Assembly: GCA_963837175.1 (NCBI GenBank)
Contig: CAWIMJ010000025.1
Location: forward strand, 32,001 to 96,000
Direction: 5' to 3'
DNA: 64,000 nt
Source of the DNA: an uncultured Nitrososphaeraceae archaeon
Lineage (GTDB): Archaea > Thermoproteota > Nitrososphaeria > Nitrososphaerales > Nitrososphaeraceae
The translations under genes and the position numbers were made by a program. Of this stretch, positions 40,365 to 51,484 are shown in pieces. The stretch's first letter is position 1, and every line of letters begins with the position of its first letter. The notes beneath the pieces were generated by a model. That model ran no database searches, had not been told where the DNA came from, and saw nothing but the letters and a program-made list of their open reading frames with translations.

Positions 40365-43300
40365 TTACTGTATTGAAATATAGAGTTTTCGGCCTTCAAG
40401 ATCTATTAATTTATAATTTACTTTTTCAGTTACATCTTTTGTTAATACAATAGAATTCACTCTTACAAGATACTTCAATTCCTCCTTCAATGGAGAAAGG
40501 AAAGAGATTTCTTCATCAGATAAATTTGCAATGAACGCTGTTGAAAGTGTGTCTGTTGGATTATAACCACTCTCCTTTCGTAATTGCTGTAGATTTCGAG
40601 CCAAATCTCTCAAGAAGCCTTTAGATGTCAATTCCTTGTCGCGTTGCGTAGAAATAAAAACTATAAGGTCATTTCTCTCTGACATAACATATCCATCTGA
40701 GGCTAGATATGAGAGTCTTAAATCATCTGCTGAAATAGAGGTATCTCCACCTTCATATGCTAGCAGGAATGTTCCAGATGAATTCAGAGATTCGAGCAAT
40801 TTTATCTTGTCGACTTTTTCAAAGGCGAGTTTTACTTTATCAGTATTCTCCTTTACCCTAGGTGCGATTTTTTTCATTATCAGCTCAATATCGGGAACAA
40901 TTGGCAATTTATTTTCTAAGAGACTTAATAGTTTTTGTAATGCTGTACCGTCATGGATCTCTATGAGAGAGTAATTTTCAACATTTAGTTGGCTTTTCAA
41001 GATATTCGAAATCCCAGACACAGAAAGAAATCTTGGATCAGAAGTGCAAATCAAAGCCTCCTTCATTGGCCATCGTCTCTTAAATTGAATTTTCATTCTT
41101 GCGGCATTTGCAAGAGAGATAACTTCTTTTAATTTGTCGAAAGCTTCTTCAACCGTTCTGTTAACAAGTTTTCCTTCATATTTTGGCCAACGTTCAAGGA
41201 GAATACTCTTTAGATATGGAAAGCAACTCAAGTAGAGATACTCGGTAATAAATGGCGAGTAAGGATGAAGCATTATATCTACTTGCGTGAGTGAATAGGC
41301 CAATAAAGAATAGATTGTAAATCTGCGATTAAGTCCATCTTGGCTGTCGTCCCAAATATCATTTCTGGTGACAGGAATATACGTCTGGCTTAATTGATTA
41401 ATTATAAATTCTTCGATTGCTTTTGCTCCTTCATTATATCTACATCTTTCAAAAGCTATTGTGACCTCGGATACAAGACTCTGCAACTTTGATAAAAGCC
41501 ATATCTCGGGTAAACTTAATAAGTTATTGTCCATCACCCAGCCAAGACTATGATTCTTCTCTTCAAACTTGTCAAAGCTGCTATTCTGTTTAAAATAAGT
41601 ATGTAAGTAATACAAGGTACTCATGACCTGATAGGGTCTTCTTTCCATTTCTTTAAGGCTAAAGTTCAATGATTCGATTGGAGATGCTTTCCACATAAAA
41701 TAAAATCTGATCAAATCTACAGAATTTTCGTTGAGTAAGTTATTTGCATCAATTACATTTCCGAGACTTTTGCTCATTTTATTTCCTTTGTCATCTAGCA
41801 CATGCCCTTGAAATAAAAACGATTGAAAGGGCGCAATAGCACGTTGTTGCAATATCACATTTTCCATTAACAGAGTGTATGCCCAACCTCGTGTTTGATC
41901 TATTCCTTCAGTTAGGAAGGAAGCAGGAATTAGATTCTGATATTCTTCATCGGTGAGTGAAGCATAGGGCGCTGCACCACTATTATGCCATGTATCCAGA
42001 ACAAAAGGCTCTCGTTGCGTATCTTCTCCACACTTATCACATCTTATCACAATCCTGTCAATCCACGGTCTATGAAGTTCGAAGTTGGGTCCATCTGGAA
42101 GAATTCTTGCCTTTTTTATGATTTCATCTCTTGAGAATAATGGATTTTTGTATCCACACTCAGGACACGACCAAATTGGAAGAGGGGTTCCCCAGATACG
42201 CTCCCTGGATATACACCATGGCACCTTTTCTTTTATAATTTCAAAAAATCTATTTTTTGGTGGTTCGTAAAAATATTCTACCTTTTGTGCTGCTTCTAGT
42301 GGCATATCACCAAGGTTCTGGATGATGTAAAAATATTCTCGTCTTGCAAGCCAGACCAACTTGTGACGGGAACGCCAGCAAGTTGGATATTGATGTTTTA
42401 TTATACTTGATTTAACGGCAGCACCTACTTCTTCCATTGCTTTGATTACCATGCGATCAGCATCTCTGACAAAAGTATCTTTAAATTCACCTGCTTTTTC
42501 AGTAAAAAAAGCTCTATCGTCTATTGGTACAAATATTGGTACATTTCTTTTTGTGGCAATGTCAAAATCTACCTCACCGTTTGCAGGAGACAGATGAACT
42601 ATGCCGCTACCGGTTGCGACATCTACAAACTCTTCTGCCACAACAAAGTGAATAGATCCTTCTTTTGCTAAAGTGCCAAGTTCTGGAATCAAATGGAGTA
42701 GAGGATGTATATAATGTCTGCCATCAAGATCTTTACCATAAATAGTTTTTTCGATTTTGAATTGATAAATCCCTAACCCTTTCATCAAATCCTGCAATCG
42801 GATTTCTGCAATAATCCATTTTTCACCGTTGACAGTTACATACACATATTTAGCTTCAGGATTGACGCCGATCATTTCATCTGTAACAACTGTAAAAGGC
42901 ATGGTTGTCCAGACTATTAGATAGATATCTTCAGTTGATAATTTTACTTTATAATAGAAAGAGGGATCCTCGACTATTTCATATCCTTGGTTAACCTCAG
43001 CATTACTAAGAGAACTTTGGCATGATGGACAATATGCAACAACCCTAAACCATTCCTTTAGTATTCCATTGTCCCAAGATTTCTTTAAGTACTTCCATTC
43101 TCTTTCAATATATTGGTCACAGAAAGTCCAGTATGCTTTTTCATAATCAAGGGACATACCAAGTAATTTGTCTGCACTAAGCCATTTGTCATTATAATGT
43201 TGTATTAATTTCTTACATGTTTCAACAATTTTTTCTATCCCGACTTTCTTAAGATTATCTATTTTACTTCCTGTTAATCCTAATTCCTTTTCAGCCTGCA

Positions 43301-43577
43301 ATTCTACTGGGAGACCCTGAGTATCCCAGCCTGCTCTGAAAATCACCTTTTTCTTTTGAAAAGTATTAAATCTATACCAGACATCTTTTATTATTCGTCC
43401 TCTTAGATGTCCTGCATGTGGCTCTCCGTTCATTGTTGGAGGACCCTCAATATAACTAACTATATCGTTATTATCAAAAATTTCATTTTCTACAAGAGAT
43501 TTAAGATTGATCCTATCTAAATAACTGCGAACCTCATTTTCGACTGCCTTAGCATCGAATTTGCCTTGAAGTGTCAT
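40365..43577 (-). CDS. ileS: isoleucine--tRNA ligase
   Basis: EGPPTMNGEPHAGH, GWDTQGLPVE, WCISRER.WG, EGIDQTRGW and KMSKS. Confidence 0.97.
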   Translation of the reverse strand: MTLQGKFDAKAVENEVRSYLDRINLKSLVENEIFDNNDIVSYIEGPPTMNGEPHAGHLRGRIIKDVWYRFNTFQKKKVIFRAGWDTQGLPVELQAEKELGLTGSKIDNLKKVGIEKIVETCKKLIQHYNDKWLSADKLLGMSLDYEKAYWTFCDQYIEREWKYLKKSWDNGILKEWFRVVAYCPSCQSSLSNAEVNQGYEIVEDPSFYYKVKLSTEDIYLIVWTTMPFTVVTDEMIGVNPEAKYVYVTVNGEKWIIAEIRLQDLMKGLGIYQFKIEKTIYGKDLDGRHYIHPLLHLIPELGTLAKEGSIHFVVAEEFVDVATGSGIVHLSPANGEVDFDIATKRNVPIFVPIDDRAFFTEKAGEFKDTFVRDADRMVIKAMEEVGAAVKSSIIKHQYPTCWRSRHKLVWLARREYFYIIQNLGDMPLEAAQKVEYFYEPPKNRFFEIIKEKVPWCISRERIWGTPLPIWSCPECGYKNPLFSRDEIIKKARILPDGPNFELHRPWIDRIVIRCDKCGEDTQREPFVLDTWHNSGAAPYASLTDEEYQNLIPASFLTEGIDQTRGWAYTLLMENVILQQRAIAPFQSFLFQGHVLDDKGNKMSKSLGNVIDANNLLNENSVDLIRFYFMWKASPIESLNFSLKEMERRPYQVMSTLYYLHTYFKQNSSFDKFEEKNHSLGWVMDNNLLSLPEIWLLSKLQSLVSEVTIAFERCRYNEGAKAIEEFIINQLSQTYIPVTRNDIWDDSQDGLNRRFTIYSLLAYSLTQVDIMLHPYSPFITEYLYLSCFPYLKSILLERWPKYEGKLVNRTVEEAFDKLKEVISLANAARMKIQFKRRWPMKEALICTSDPRFLSVSGISNILKSQLNVENYSLIEIHDGTALQKLLSLLENKLPIVPDIELIMKKIAPRVKENTDKVKLAFEKVDKIKLLESLNSSGTFLLAYEGGDTSISADDLRLSYLASDGYVMSERNDLIVFISTQRDKELTSKGFLRDLARNLQQLRKESGYNPTDTLSTAFIANLSDEEISFLSPLKEELKYLVRVNSIVLTKDVTEKVNYKLIDLEGRKLYISIQ

Positions 43578-43627
43578 TTATACCAAAGCCACTCTTATGA
43601 CCTGCGTTTATGTTTTTGGCTAATCTA

Positions 43628-45727
43628 TTACAAAGCAATAATACCAATAAAGACCGGCACAAATACTATTGCTACTGTATTCAGTAACTTAATTACAGTA
43701 TTTAGAGCGGGTCCTGCTGTATCCTTGTATGGATCACCAATCAGGTCTCCAACTACTGCCACTGCATGGGCTTCGGTCTTTTTCTTTCCCAATAGTTCAA
43801 CATATTTTTTCGCATTGTCCCACGCACCTCCGCTGTTTGCAAGATGATATGCCAGAAATAATCCACTAACGACAGCGCCCATTAACACGCCTGCTACAGC
43901 AGTCGGTCCTAACAGAATTCCTGTAATTATTGGTGCTGCTACGGTCACGAGTGCAGGCTTCCATAACTCGCGTAGACTAGCGCTAGTTGCGATGTCTACG
44001 CATCGTGCATAGTCAGGAGTTTCTTTTCCATCTAAAATACCAGGCTTTTCTTTAAATTGTCTTCTTATCTCATCGACCATTTTTGCTGCAGAGTTGCTTA
44101 CACCTGTAATTAGCTGACTGGTTACAAAGAAAGGAATCAGCCCGCCAACCAATAGACCTATAATCAATCCTACATCGGATAAAGAGTACAAGAATTCTTT
44201 TGTCGGAAAGATTTTGTCTGCTTCATGTTGAAAGGCCTGGATCATAGCTAATGCCGCTAGACCAGCACTGGCAATAGCAAATCCTTTTGTGATCGCCTTT
44301 GTAGTATTTCCAACAGCGTCTATCTTATCAGTGATAATTCTGTTCTCTTCTCCCATACCCGTCATCTCAACTAATCCTCCAGCATTATCGCTGATAGGTC
44401 CGAATGCATCTATGCATAATACGATGCCTGCTAAGCTAAGCATGGCTGTAGCAGCCATTGCAGTACCATAGATACCCATCAAGGGATCTCCAGTAACGCC
44501 AAAAACAATCCCATATGAAGTACCCAATACTACCACGATAGCAAGCATAAATGGACCTGTAGATCTCATTCCCATTATTATTCCAGTCAAAACATTCGAC
44601 GCGTATCCCCACTTTATTGAATCTGCAATTTCTCTAACTGGCTTATACTTATAATTAGTAAAGTAATCGGTGATCCTCTGAATGACAGGAACCAATATTA
44701 CACCTACAACAGTTGTAGCAAAGAGAGCGTAGGCTAAAATTGTATTTCCAAAGAACATAGTAGTCATAAAAAAGTTTAATACTATTGCTATAATGGCGCT
44801 GATTATGAAGGCTATATTTAGAGGTTTCATAGGATCATTAATTTTTCTTGAGGTAATAGTCATTGCTCCTATAATCGATGCAATGAGACCTGATGCTCCT
44901 ATTATAATTGGATAAAGAACTAGTGGATTCACTGAAATATTGACTATTGAAAGGTTAATATAAGAAAATGTTTCTCCTGCAAGATGTTTTAAGCTATCTG
45001 GAATAACCAATGCCCCCAAGAGCATTGCTCCAAGTAGAGTGACTATGAAGGATTCATAAATATCTGATCCCATTCCTGCTGCATCGCCGACGTTGTCGCC
45101 GACATTATCAGCTATTGTTGCTGGATTTCTTGGATCGTCTTCTGGAATTCCTTCCTCCACTTTTCCTACCAGGTCTGCTCCAAGGTCAGCTGCTTTAGTA
45201 AATATTCCACCACCAGCTCTAATGAATAAGGCAATTAAGCTTGCTCCTATTCCTACTCCAGCTATCATCAATGGTTCAGGAAACACTAGGTAAAGAACCG
45301 TGATAACGATTAAGGCCATTGCGGGCACGGATAACCCTACTGTGGCTCCTCCTCTGAAGGCAGTGGCAAAAGCAGGGCCTAACCCACGAGAAGTAGCTTG
45401 AGCCGCCCTTACAGCTGCTTTAACTGTAATCCTTAACGACAATAATCCCGAAAGACCTGACATCGCCGCTCCTACTGCAAAAGCTATTCCATTAGAAACT
45501 CCTGATGTGAAACTAATTATTATTGTCAAGGCTATAGCGATTGGAATAACAATTTTAAATTCGCGTTTTAGAAAGGCCATCGCACCTGTTCTAACAGCAG
45601 ATGATATACTCATCATTCCATCTGTTCCTCTATGCTGTTTTCCAATCCATACAGCAAGAGCTCCTGCAGCAGCCATCGATGCTAATGATGCACCAAGTGG
45701 AATTACCTCTTTCAATGCAATTAACAC
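43628..45727 (-). CDS. hppA: membrane-bound proton-translocating pyrophosphatase (K+-independent type)
   Basis: DLGADLVGKVE, EDDPRNPATIADNVGDNVGD; Lys in GNTTKA. Confidence 0.95.
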   Translation of the reverse strand: MLIALKEVIPLGASLASMAAAGALAVWIGKQHRGTDGMMSISSAVRTGAMAFLKREFKIVIPIAIALTIIISFTSGVSNGIAFAVGAAMSGLSGLLSLRITVKAAVRAAQATSRGLGPAFATAFRGGATVGLSVPAMALIVITVLYLVFPEPLMIAGVGIGASLIALFIRAGGGIFTKAADLGADLVGKVEEGIPEDDPRNPATIADNVGDNVGDAAGMGSDIYESFIVTLLGAMLLGALVIPDSLKHLAGETFSYINLSIVNISVNPLVLYPIIIGASGLIASIIGAMTITSRKINDPMKPLNIAFIISAIIAIVLNFFMTTMFFGNTILAYALFATTVVGVILVPVIQRITDYFTNYKYKPVREIADSIKWGYASNVLTGIIMGMRSTGPFMLAIVVVLGTSYGIVFGVTGDPLMGIYGTAMAATAMLSLAGIVLCIDAFGPISDNAGGLVEMTGMGEENRIITDKIDAVGNTTKAITKGFAIASAGLAALAMIQAFQHEADKIFPTKEFLYSLSDVGLIIGLLVGGLIPFFVTSQLITGVSNSAAKMVDEIRRQFKEKPGILDGKETPDYARCVDIATSASLRELWKPALVTVAAPIITGILLGPTAVAGVLMGAVVSGLFLAYHLANSGGAWDNAKKYVELLGKKKTEAHAVAVVGDLIGDPYKDTAGPALNTVIKLLNTVAIVFVPVFIGIIAL

Positions 45728-46335
45728 GAGTTATTATGAGAATATATATACGTACTGAGTAGTCAGCAATTAAAAATAGTATAAATTATAATGCTAGTTA
45801 TCTGCGGCGGTTTTTTGTAATAGAATGTCTTTTTACTTATGAAATTGTTATTATTAGAATATTATATTATAATATTAAATTACATAAAGGACTATTAATA
45901 ATTGTTAATTAATTTCGCTCTTGAAATACTAAAAACTGGTTTAAAAAGGAAATAGAATCGTACTTATGAAATAGATACAGAAACGAGGATTTTTTGGCTA
46001 AAGATAGATAGTGGTATCTGTTGATAATATTGGTAATCTCCACATATACAGTAGTTCAATTGTTAGTCAAGATACTAGTCCTATGCTAGACTTTTGATAG
46101 GATGAAGAAGTCTGATATAAAAATCGCTGCTCCGATATCAAAAATTATGACCTTTTTTGTCATATTTAGAGTGACAGCCTTCGGGGTCTATTCATACTGA
46201 TATACAGCGGTTCTCATAAGATTACAAGGAAATTAGGATGATGACATATTAATTTAGGTAATAAGAGAGCTGAAGGATTTTCAAACAAAAAGATATCTAA
46301 TGAAATAGATAGATACAAACCATTAGCTGAAAACC

Positions 46336-47583
46336 TCAAAGCGCCTTGAATTGATCACTCCATTTCATATATGCTCTAATCATCTCTGAGGTAACGCTTG
46401 GTTTTCTTATTTTGAAAATTTCCTTAAAGTCACTTGCAATAATCGCTCTTGGAATTTGCTCTACATCCATAGCCTTGCCACTTTCAAATAATTCATTTAC
46501 TACTCTTAGCTGGGCTGATTGGCAGATATCTTTGATATCACTTGCACTGTATCCTTCCGTAAACTTTGCAAGTTCTTCATTTTTTAACGTCTTTTCTTTT
46601 TTTAATGGTGTTGTATACTGATTAAATAGATTTATTCTTGAAGCAATGTCGGGAAGTGTAACATAAATTCTTTTTTGAAATCTCCTAAGAAAACCCGCTT
46701 CTAAACTCCACGGTTTATTAGTTGCTCCTATAACGTATAGTTGTGTTTCTTTTGACTTTCCATTGATTCCGTCCATTTCGGTCAGGAACTGGTTTTTTAC
46801 CCTAACTTCACCTCCAACTTCACTATTTCTAGTTCCCAATAGCGAATCGATTTCATCAATAAAGAGAAGAACGGGAATATTTTCATTTTCATTTAGTTTT
46901 CGAGCCATTGAGAATAATTTTGATACATTTTTTTCTGCTTCGCCCAGCCATTTACTCATCATTGAAGCTGCATCAACGTTGATAAAGTATCCATCTATCT
47001 CGGCAGCAGCAGCTGCAGCTAATAATGTCTTACCGCATCCAGGGGGACCATATAATAATATTCCCCTTGGCCAACCTAAAGGGAATAAATCAGCTCTCTT
47101 AGTTGGGTATACAATGGATTCTCTCATCGCACGTTTTGCATCTTCCAGACCAATAACCTCATTCCAAGAAACGTCTGGTTTTTCTTTCATTACAAGATCA
47201 TCAAAGTCAGCATTTAGACTCTCCGCACTTTTGGTTTGTTTTAGTCTATCCCTCTGCATATCCGTCTTGCCGTTACCATTTGTTGGATGGAATTTTTCAT
47301 TAGTATGATTAACAGTGGAGGTCTTTTCATCATCAAGACCATGAGACATTTGTAATGATTTAATTCTATTTTGATAGGCACTAGCCCTTTCCATATATAT
47401 CTTGTTTAATTTGTATTCAGGGTAGATCTCAATTAATTTAACAAGAGCCTCAATAGCCCGTTGATACGATTGGACAGCCATGCCTCGCGAACCTTGGGAA
47501 TCTAATCTGATTGCCTCGGCGGCATATTTACTAGCACTATTTTCTAATTCTTGTGGAGCCAGACTCATATGTTTACCGTCCAA
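46336..47583 (-). CDS. cdvC: Vps4-like AAA+ ATPase CdvC
   Basis: N-terminal MIT domain; GPPGCGKT, FIDEIDS and ATNKPW. Confidence 0.92.
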   Translation of the reverse strand: MDGKHMSLAPQELENSASKYAAEAIRLDSQGSRGMAVQSYQRAIEALVKLIEIYPEYKLNKIYMERASAYQNRIKSLQMSHGLDDEKTSTVNHTNEKFHPTNGNGKTDMQRDRLKQTKSAESLNADFDDLVMKEKPDVSWNEVIGLEDAKRAMRESIVYPTKRADLFPLGWPRGILLYGPPGCGKTLLAAAAAAEIDGYFINVDAASMMSKWLGEAEKNVSKLFSMARKLNENENIPVLLFIDEIDSLLGTRNSEVGGEVRVKNQFLTEMDGINGKSKETQLYVIGATNKPWSLEAGFLRRFQKRIYVTLPDIASRINLFNQYTTPLKKEKTLKNEELAKFTEGYSASDIKDICQSAQLRVVNELFESGKAMDVEQIPRAIIASDFKEIFKIRKPSVTSEMIRAYMKWSDQFKAL

Positions 47584-48047
47584 ATGGATTCTGATTCAGC
47601 TTTGAATTACTATGTTGTAAATCTATATTGCGTAAAAAACAAAATAGTTTGCACCAACTACTAATCTGCACTTTTCAAATCCTATAGGATCATTTCTTCA
47701 ATTGCTTTTAATATTATTATCTTCTTACATATCTTCTATTGGTATATACGATAAATTCAAATCTCATATTATAAGTTGAATTAGCTTAGATATTTAAAAT
47801 CTTGTCGTGAATAAATTATATATTTTTTGTCAAAAGAAAAAGATCTTCATTCATTTTCATTTAGATACTATTCAGAGTAATAATTCATTTGTAGTATGGG
47901 TATAATTTTCGATGGATAGCTCATATGACTGTAATTGGGACTTGATAAAAATGGAGATAATAAAATGTTAGAAAACACATGTCATTGTGTATCTAAGAAC
48001 GTGGCCACAATAGGGGCCTATGATACTGATATTGATCACATATTATA

Positions 48048-48644
48048 TCAATAAATATATTTTTTAATATTTTGTTCTGCCATTAAAGATGCCTCATTTA
48101 GCAAATGTACAGCCTCCTCATTAGCTGTTCCAAAGTTTATCGTATACGCCCCTACCTGACCTGCGTCTAGTAGAATGCATCCCAATAATTCAGAAATATT
48201 TCCTAATTTGTCCTCTGATTCAGGTAAGCTTGGATTAAGTGACGCTCTAATGTTTTTCACAACTGCCATAGCCGGTGCCAGTACAATGACTATATCTTCA
48301 AAATTAGATATTCTTAGTAATTTATTTTTTAATATCTCAAAGGCTATTTTTGATAAGAGTAATATTTGTATGATTCTTCTTCTCGAATGTACAATATCCA
48401 CTGAAGGTATCATAGAATATTGAGAATCGTTTTCCTTTATTGACAGCACCTTACCGGTTAACATCTTATCATCAATTAATTTCAGATCTTGTAGGATATG
48501 ATCCCATTCTACTATTTGAACATCTATTTTACATACCAAAGAGTCAACCCTAGGTTTTATGGATACGCCCCGAGATATTGAATTAGATCTTCTAGGACTT
48601 TGCAGATTGCACTCTGCTTTTGCCCATTCTGATGTAAATTGTAT
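48048..48644 (-). CDS. cdvB: divergent ESCRT-III/Snf7-like CdvB paralog
   Basis: SKIAFEILKNKL..FEDIVIVLAPAMAVVKNI..LPE..EEAVHLLNEAS; frame open to ATA at 48644 after GGTGA; upstream of cdvC. Confidence 0.75.
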   Translation of the reverse strand: MQFTSEWAKAECNLQSPRRSNSISRGVSIKPRVDSLVCKIDVQIVEWDHILQDLKLIDDKMLTGKVLSIKENDSQYSMIPSVDIVHSRRRIIQILLLSKIAFEILKNKLLRISNFEDIVIVLAPAMAVVKNIRASLNPSLPESEDKLGNISELLGCILLDAGQVGAYTINFGTANEEAVHLLNEASLMAEQNIKKYIY

Positions 48645-48822
48645 GTTATTTTCACCTGCGCTTTATAATCTGCTTACAGATTAATATTAAATAGAGACGT
48701 TATGATTTTGTAACCACAGTGACATAGCTTTATTGTAACAGCTTAGCATTTTTTTTAGTTTTGATACAATCTAATTGACTAATACATTTACTTTGGTAAT
48801 ATGTTAGTCTTCAATACTTTCT

Positions 48823-50046
48823 ATGCAATATAGAAATAATAATAGTAACAATAATAGTAACGATCTTGTTGGAAGTTTAGAGGAGTTCGGTTTATCAAAA
48901 TATGAAGCAAGGGCTTACCTCACAATGATCGGTAGGGGTTCGCTTGCTGCAAGTGAAATAGCATACTATGCAAATTTGCCCCGTACAAAAGTTTACCCAA
49001 CGCTTAAGAAGCTTGAGAAAAAGAGGCTTTCAGTAATCTCTCAAAAAAAGCCAGTGATAAGTAGTGCAATACCTCCAAACGACGCTTTCGGAGAAATAGT
49101 CGAACTTCATGAACGACGCGTAAAAAATATGAAGAAAATTGTATATAAGTTGCAGAAAATAAGTGAGGTAGGTCATAGGCCGAGAGGTTCTGAAGAAAAA
49201 AGATACTTCGTACTTGATCCCAATCTTGCGGTTGAAAAGATCGGGAATCTTATTAGCAGTTCTAGATCTTCAATAAATGCTATTCTTGATGTATGGGGAC
49301 TAAGGCTAATTTCGGAATGTAAATCATCTATTATAAGAGCAATTACAAACGGGGTAAAAATCAGGTTGCTTTTACCAAGTCAGTGCATTGGAAATGAAAA
49401 TCTGTCTTCATTGCCTACAGAAATTGATTTGAGAATTGGCGATTTACCTTATAACATAATAATAATAGATTCTAACAACATGATATCAATAGACAGCACC
49501 AACGGGAAAGCGGCAGTATTTTCTTCCATCGATGTTTTTGGAATATCATATATTAGAACCTTTGAAAATGAATGGAATAATGCAATGCAGGTTAACCACA
49601 TAATCGACACAGACCCCAGTATTGCAGCGATAGCAATCCAGCTAGCAAAATTAATTGAAAAGGGATTATCCATGTGTATATTAGACCATACAATAAATCC
49701 AGAGGCTGATTTCGGTACTCATATTATCAGATCGATCGAAAATTCAGGAATAAAGATATTTGAGATAAATATTAACGAACTATTCAATATCATTGATTCT
49801 GCATTAAAAATCAGTTATTCAGGCAACTTAAAACATGACAAAACCAACAATGTAATTAGCATTCACTCAAAAACTGATAGCAAATCAGTTTTACCATGGG
49901 CATTATTACTTACTTCATATTTCAAATACATCGGCTATGAGTCTAAGATAATGCAAAATTCTAACCAAATTACAAGCACTGAAACCATTCATCTTAAGCT
50001 TTCAAAACCTATTCCTGAACTGAATCAAAAGGTTTCATCGCATTAG
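48823..50046 (+). CDS. TrmB family transcriptional regulator
   Basis: FGLSKYEARAY..ASEIA..LPRTKVYPTLKKL HTH followed by an effector domain. Confidence 0.9.
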   Translation: MQYRNNNSNNNSNDLVGSLEEFGLSKYEARAYLTMIGRGSLAASEIAYYANLPRTKVYPTLKKLEKKRLSVISQKKPVISSAIPPNDAFGEIVELHERRVKNMKKIVYKLQKISEVGHRPRGSEEKRYFVLDPNLAVEKIGNLISSSRSSINAILDVWGLRLISECKSSIIRAITNGVKIRLLLPSQCIGNENLSSLPTEIDLRIGDLPYNIIIIDSNNMISIDSTNGKAAVFSSIDVFGISYIRTFENEWNNAMQVNHIIDTDPSIAAIAIQLAKLIEKGLSMCILDHTINPEADFGTHIIRSIENSGIKIFEININELFNIIDSALKISYSGNLKHDKTNNVISIHSKTDSKSVLPWALLLTSYFKYIGYESKIMQNSNQITSTETIHLKLSKPIPELNQKVSSH

Positions 50047-50875
50047 GCAAACGATCTAGCAAATCTGTCGCTACCATATGTAAACCCACTTTATCATATG
50101 CCAGATTGCCTGCTACTCCATTGAAATAAACACCCAAAATTGATGCTTCATATGATTTCATTTTTGTTAATATACCCGCTGTCAAGCCAGATAATATGTC
50201 CCCTGTTCCTCCTACAGTCATTGCACAATTATGGATCTTGTTTATAGCAATTCGATCTCCATCTGAAATTATATCTGTTTTTCCTTTGAGTAAAATAGTA
50301 ATATTGTATTCTTTCGCATGCTTGTAAACATTAGATATTTTTTCTTTTTCATCTATGCCTGCATCTTCTCCAAAGATTCGTTTGTATTCTCCTGCATGTG
50401 GAGTAATGATTGTGTCAGTTCCACATATTTCTTTGAGAACAGTGGGAAATATAGACGAAGCATCTAGTAGTAACCTTGTACCATTGGTTTTCAGATCCTT
50501 AATCATCGAATGTAATGCCTCTGGCCGTGCTATAGTCATCCCCATGCCAATAGCAGCTGCATGAGGTTTTTTTGGAATCATTGCAAGCAGTCGGTTAGCC
50601 GAACCCATAGTTAATTTATCATCCGACATTGGGAATGCTATTATATTTGGAGAAAAGGATCTGACTGCTACAATGTTGGATCTGGGAACAGCCGTGTAAA
50701 CAATATCTGTCCCGGATCTAAGGGCAGCCATAGAAGATAGAATAGCTGCGCCATGGTAAAACTTGTTTCCTCCTACCACTAGCACGATACCATTATCACC
50801 TTTTTTGGACGAGACTAGACGAGGAACGATAAGTTCTTTAACAAGTTTGCTAGTTACTGTAACCGCTTCTGGCAA
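50009..50875 (-). CDS. nnrD: ADP-dependent NAD(P)H-hydrate dehydratase
   Basis: KGDNGIVLVVGG, ITPHAGE, LLKG and GGTGDILSG. Confidence 0.93.
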   Translation of the reverse strand: MPEAVTVTSKLVKELIVPRLVSSKKGDNGIVLVVGGNKFYHGAAILSSMAALRSGTDIVYTAVPRSNIVAVRSFSPNIIAFPMSDDKLTMGSANRLLAMIPKKPHAAAIGMGMTIARPEALHSMIKDLKTNGTRLLLDASSIFPTVLKEICGTDTIITPHAGEYKRIFGEDAGIDEKEKISNVYKHAKEYNITILLKGKTDIISDGDRIAINKIHNCAMTVGGTGDILSGLTAGILTKMKSYEASILGVYFNGVAGNLAYDKVGLHMVATDLLDRLPNAMKPFDSVQE

Positions 50876-51484
50876 TTCAATTCATAAGATATTGTAATGA
50901 CGAATAAACTTTGTCAATGTGGCAATGAGAGAAACAGATAAAAATTTAGGTATATAACAAAATATATAGATATATGCAATCTTCAATGTTCTCTTTTATA
51001 GCAATGCATGATCATACTTTTATAAAGAAAAAAGTGGTCAATTAAAGCCAATAATACAAGGCTCGAAACTACGCTATTATAATTTGTTTAACCCTTGTAG
51101 ATCATTGGTTGGCATTTGTCAGATTACCGTTTCCTTATTACAATAGATTCCAATCGAGTCTATATAAATAGAATATAGATTATATGAATTCATGTACCAG
51201 CGAGCCAAAAGACGTGTGAAACAAAATTGACACGATAATTATACCGACGATTGAAAATCTTTCAGTCAATAATGACTTGGCTTTTATTTTATCACATTCA
51301 TATTTTCTTTTTTAATATTAGCAATAATAATTTCTTTCCATTACTATTATTATCATCAAATGCAAAATCCTAATTTAGTTTGCTATCCTCATTCGTAAAG
51401 TCGTTTTACTATTATTGCTATCAATATTGTTGATCTAAAGATATGATGCGAGTTTTAAATAACACACACTAGTAGGATATATGT

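Noticed and set aside
46236-46275. Box C/D sRNA (ATGATGA...CTGA)
   Set aside because: Only ~25 nt between boxes, no clear D'/C' boxes or terminal stem; expected by chance in AT-rich DNA
46763-47308. 181-aa plus-strand ORF and similar short antisense ORFs within ths, leuS, ileS, hppA and metK
   Set aside because: Shadow frames of well-supported genes, with no motifs
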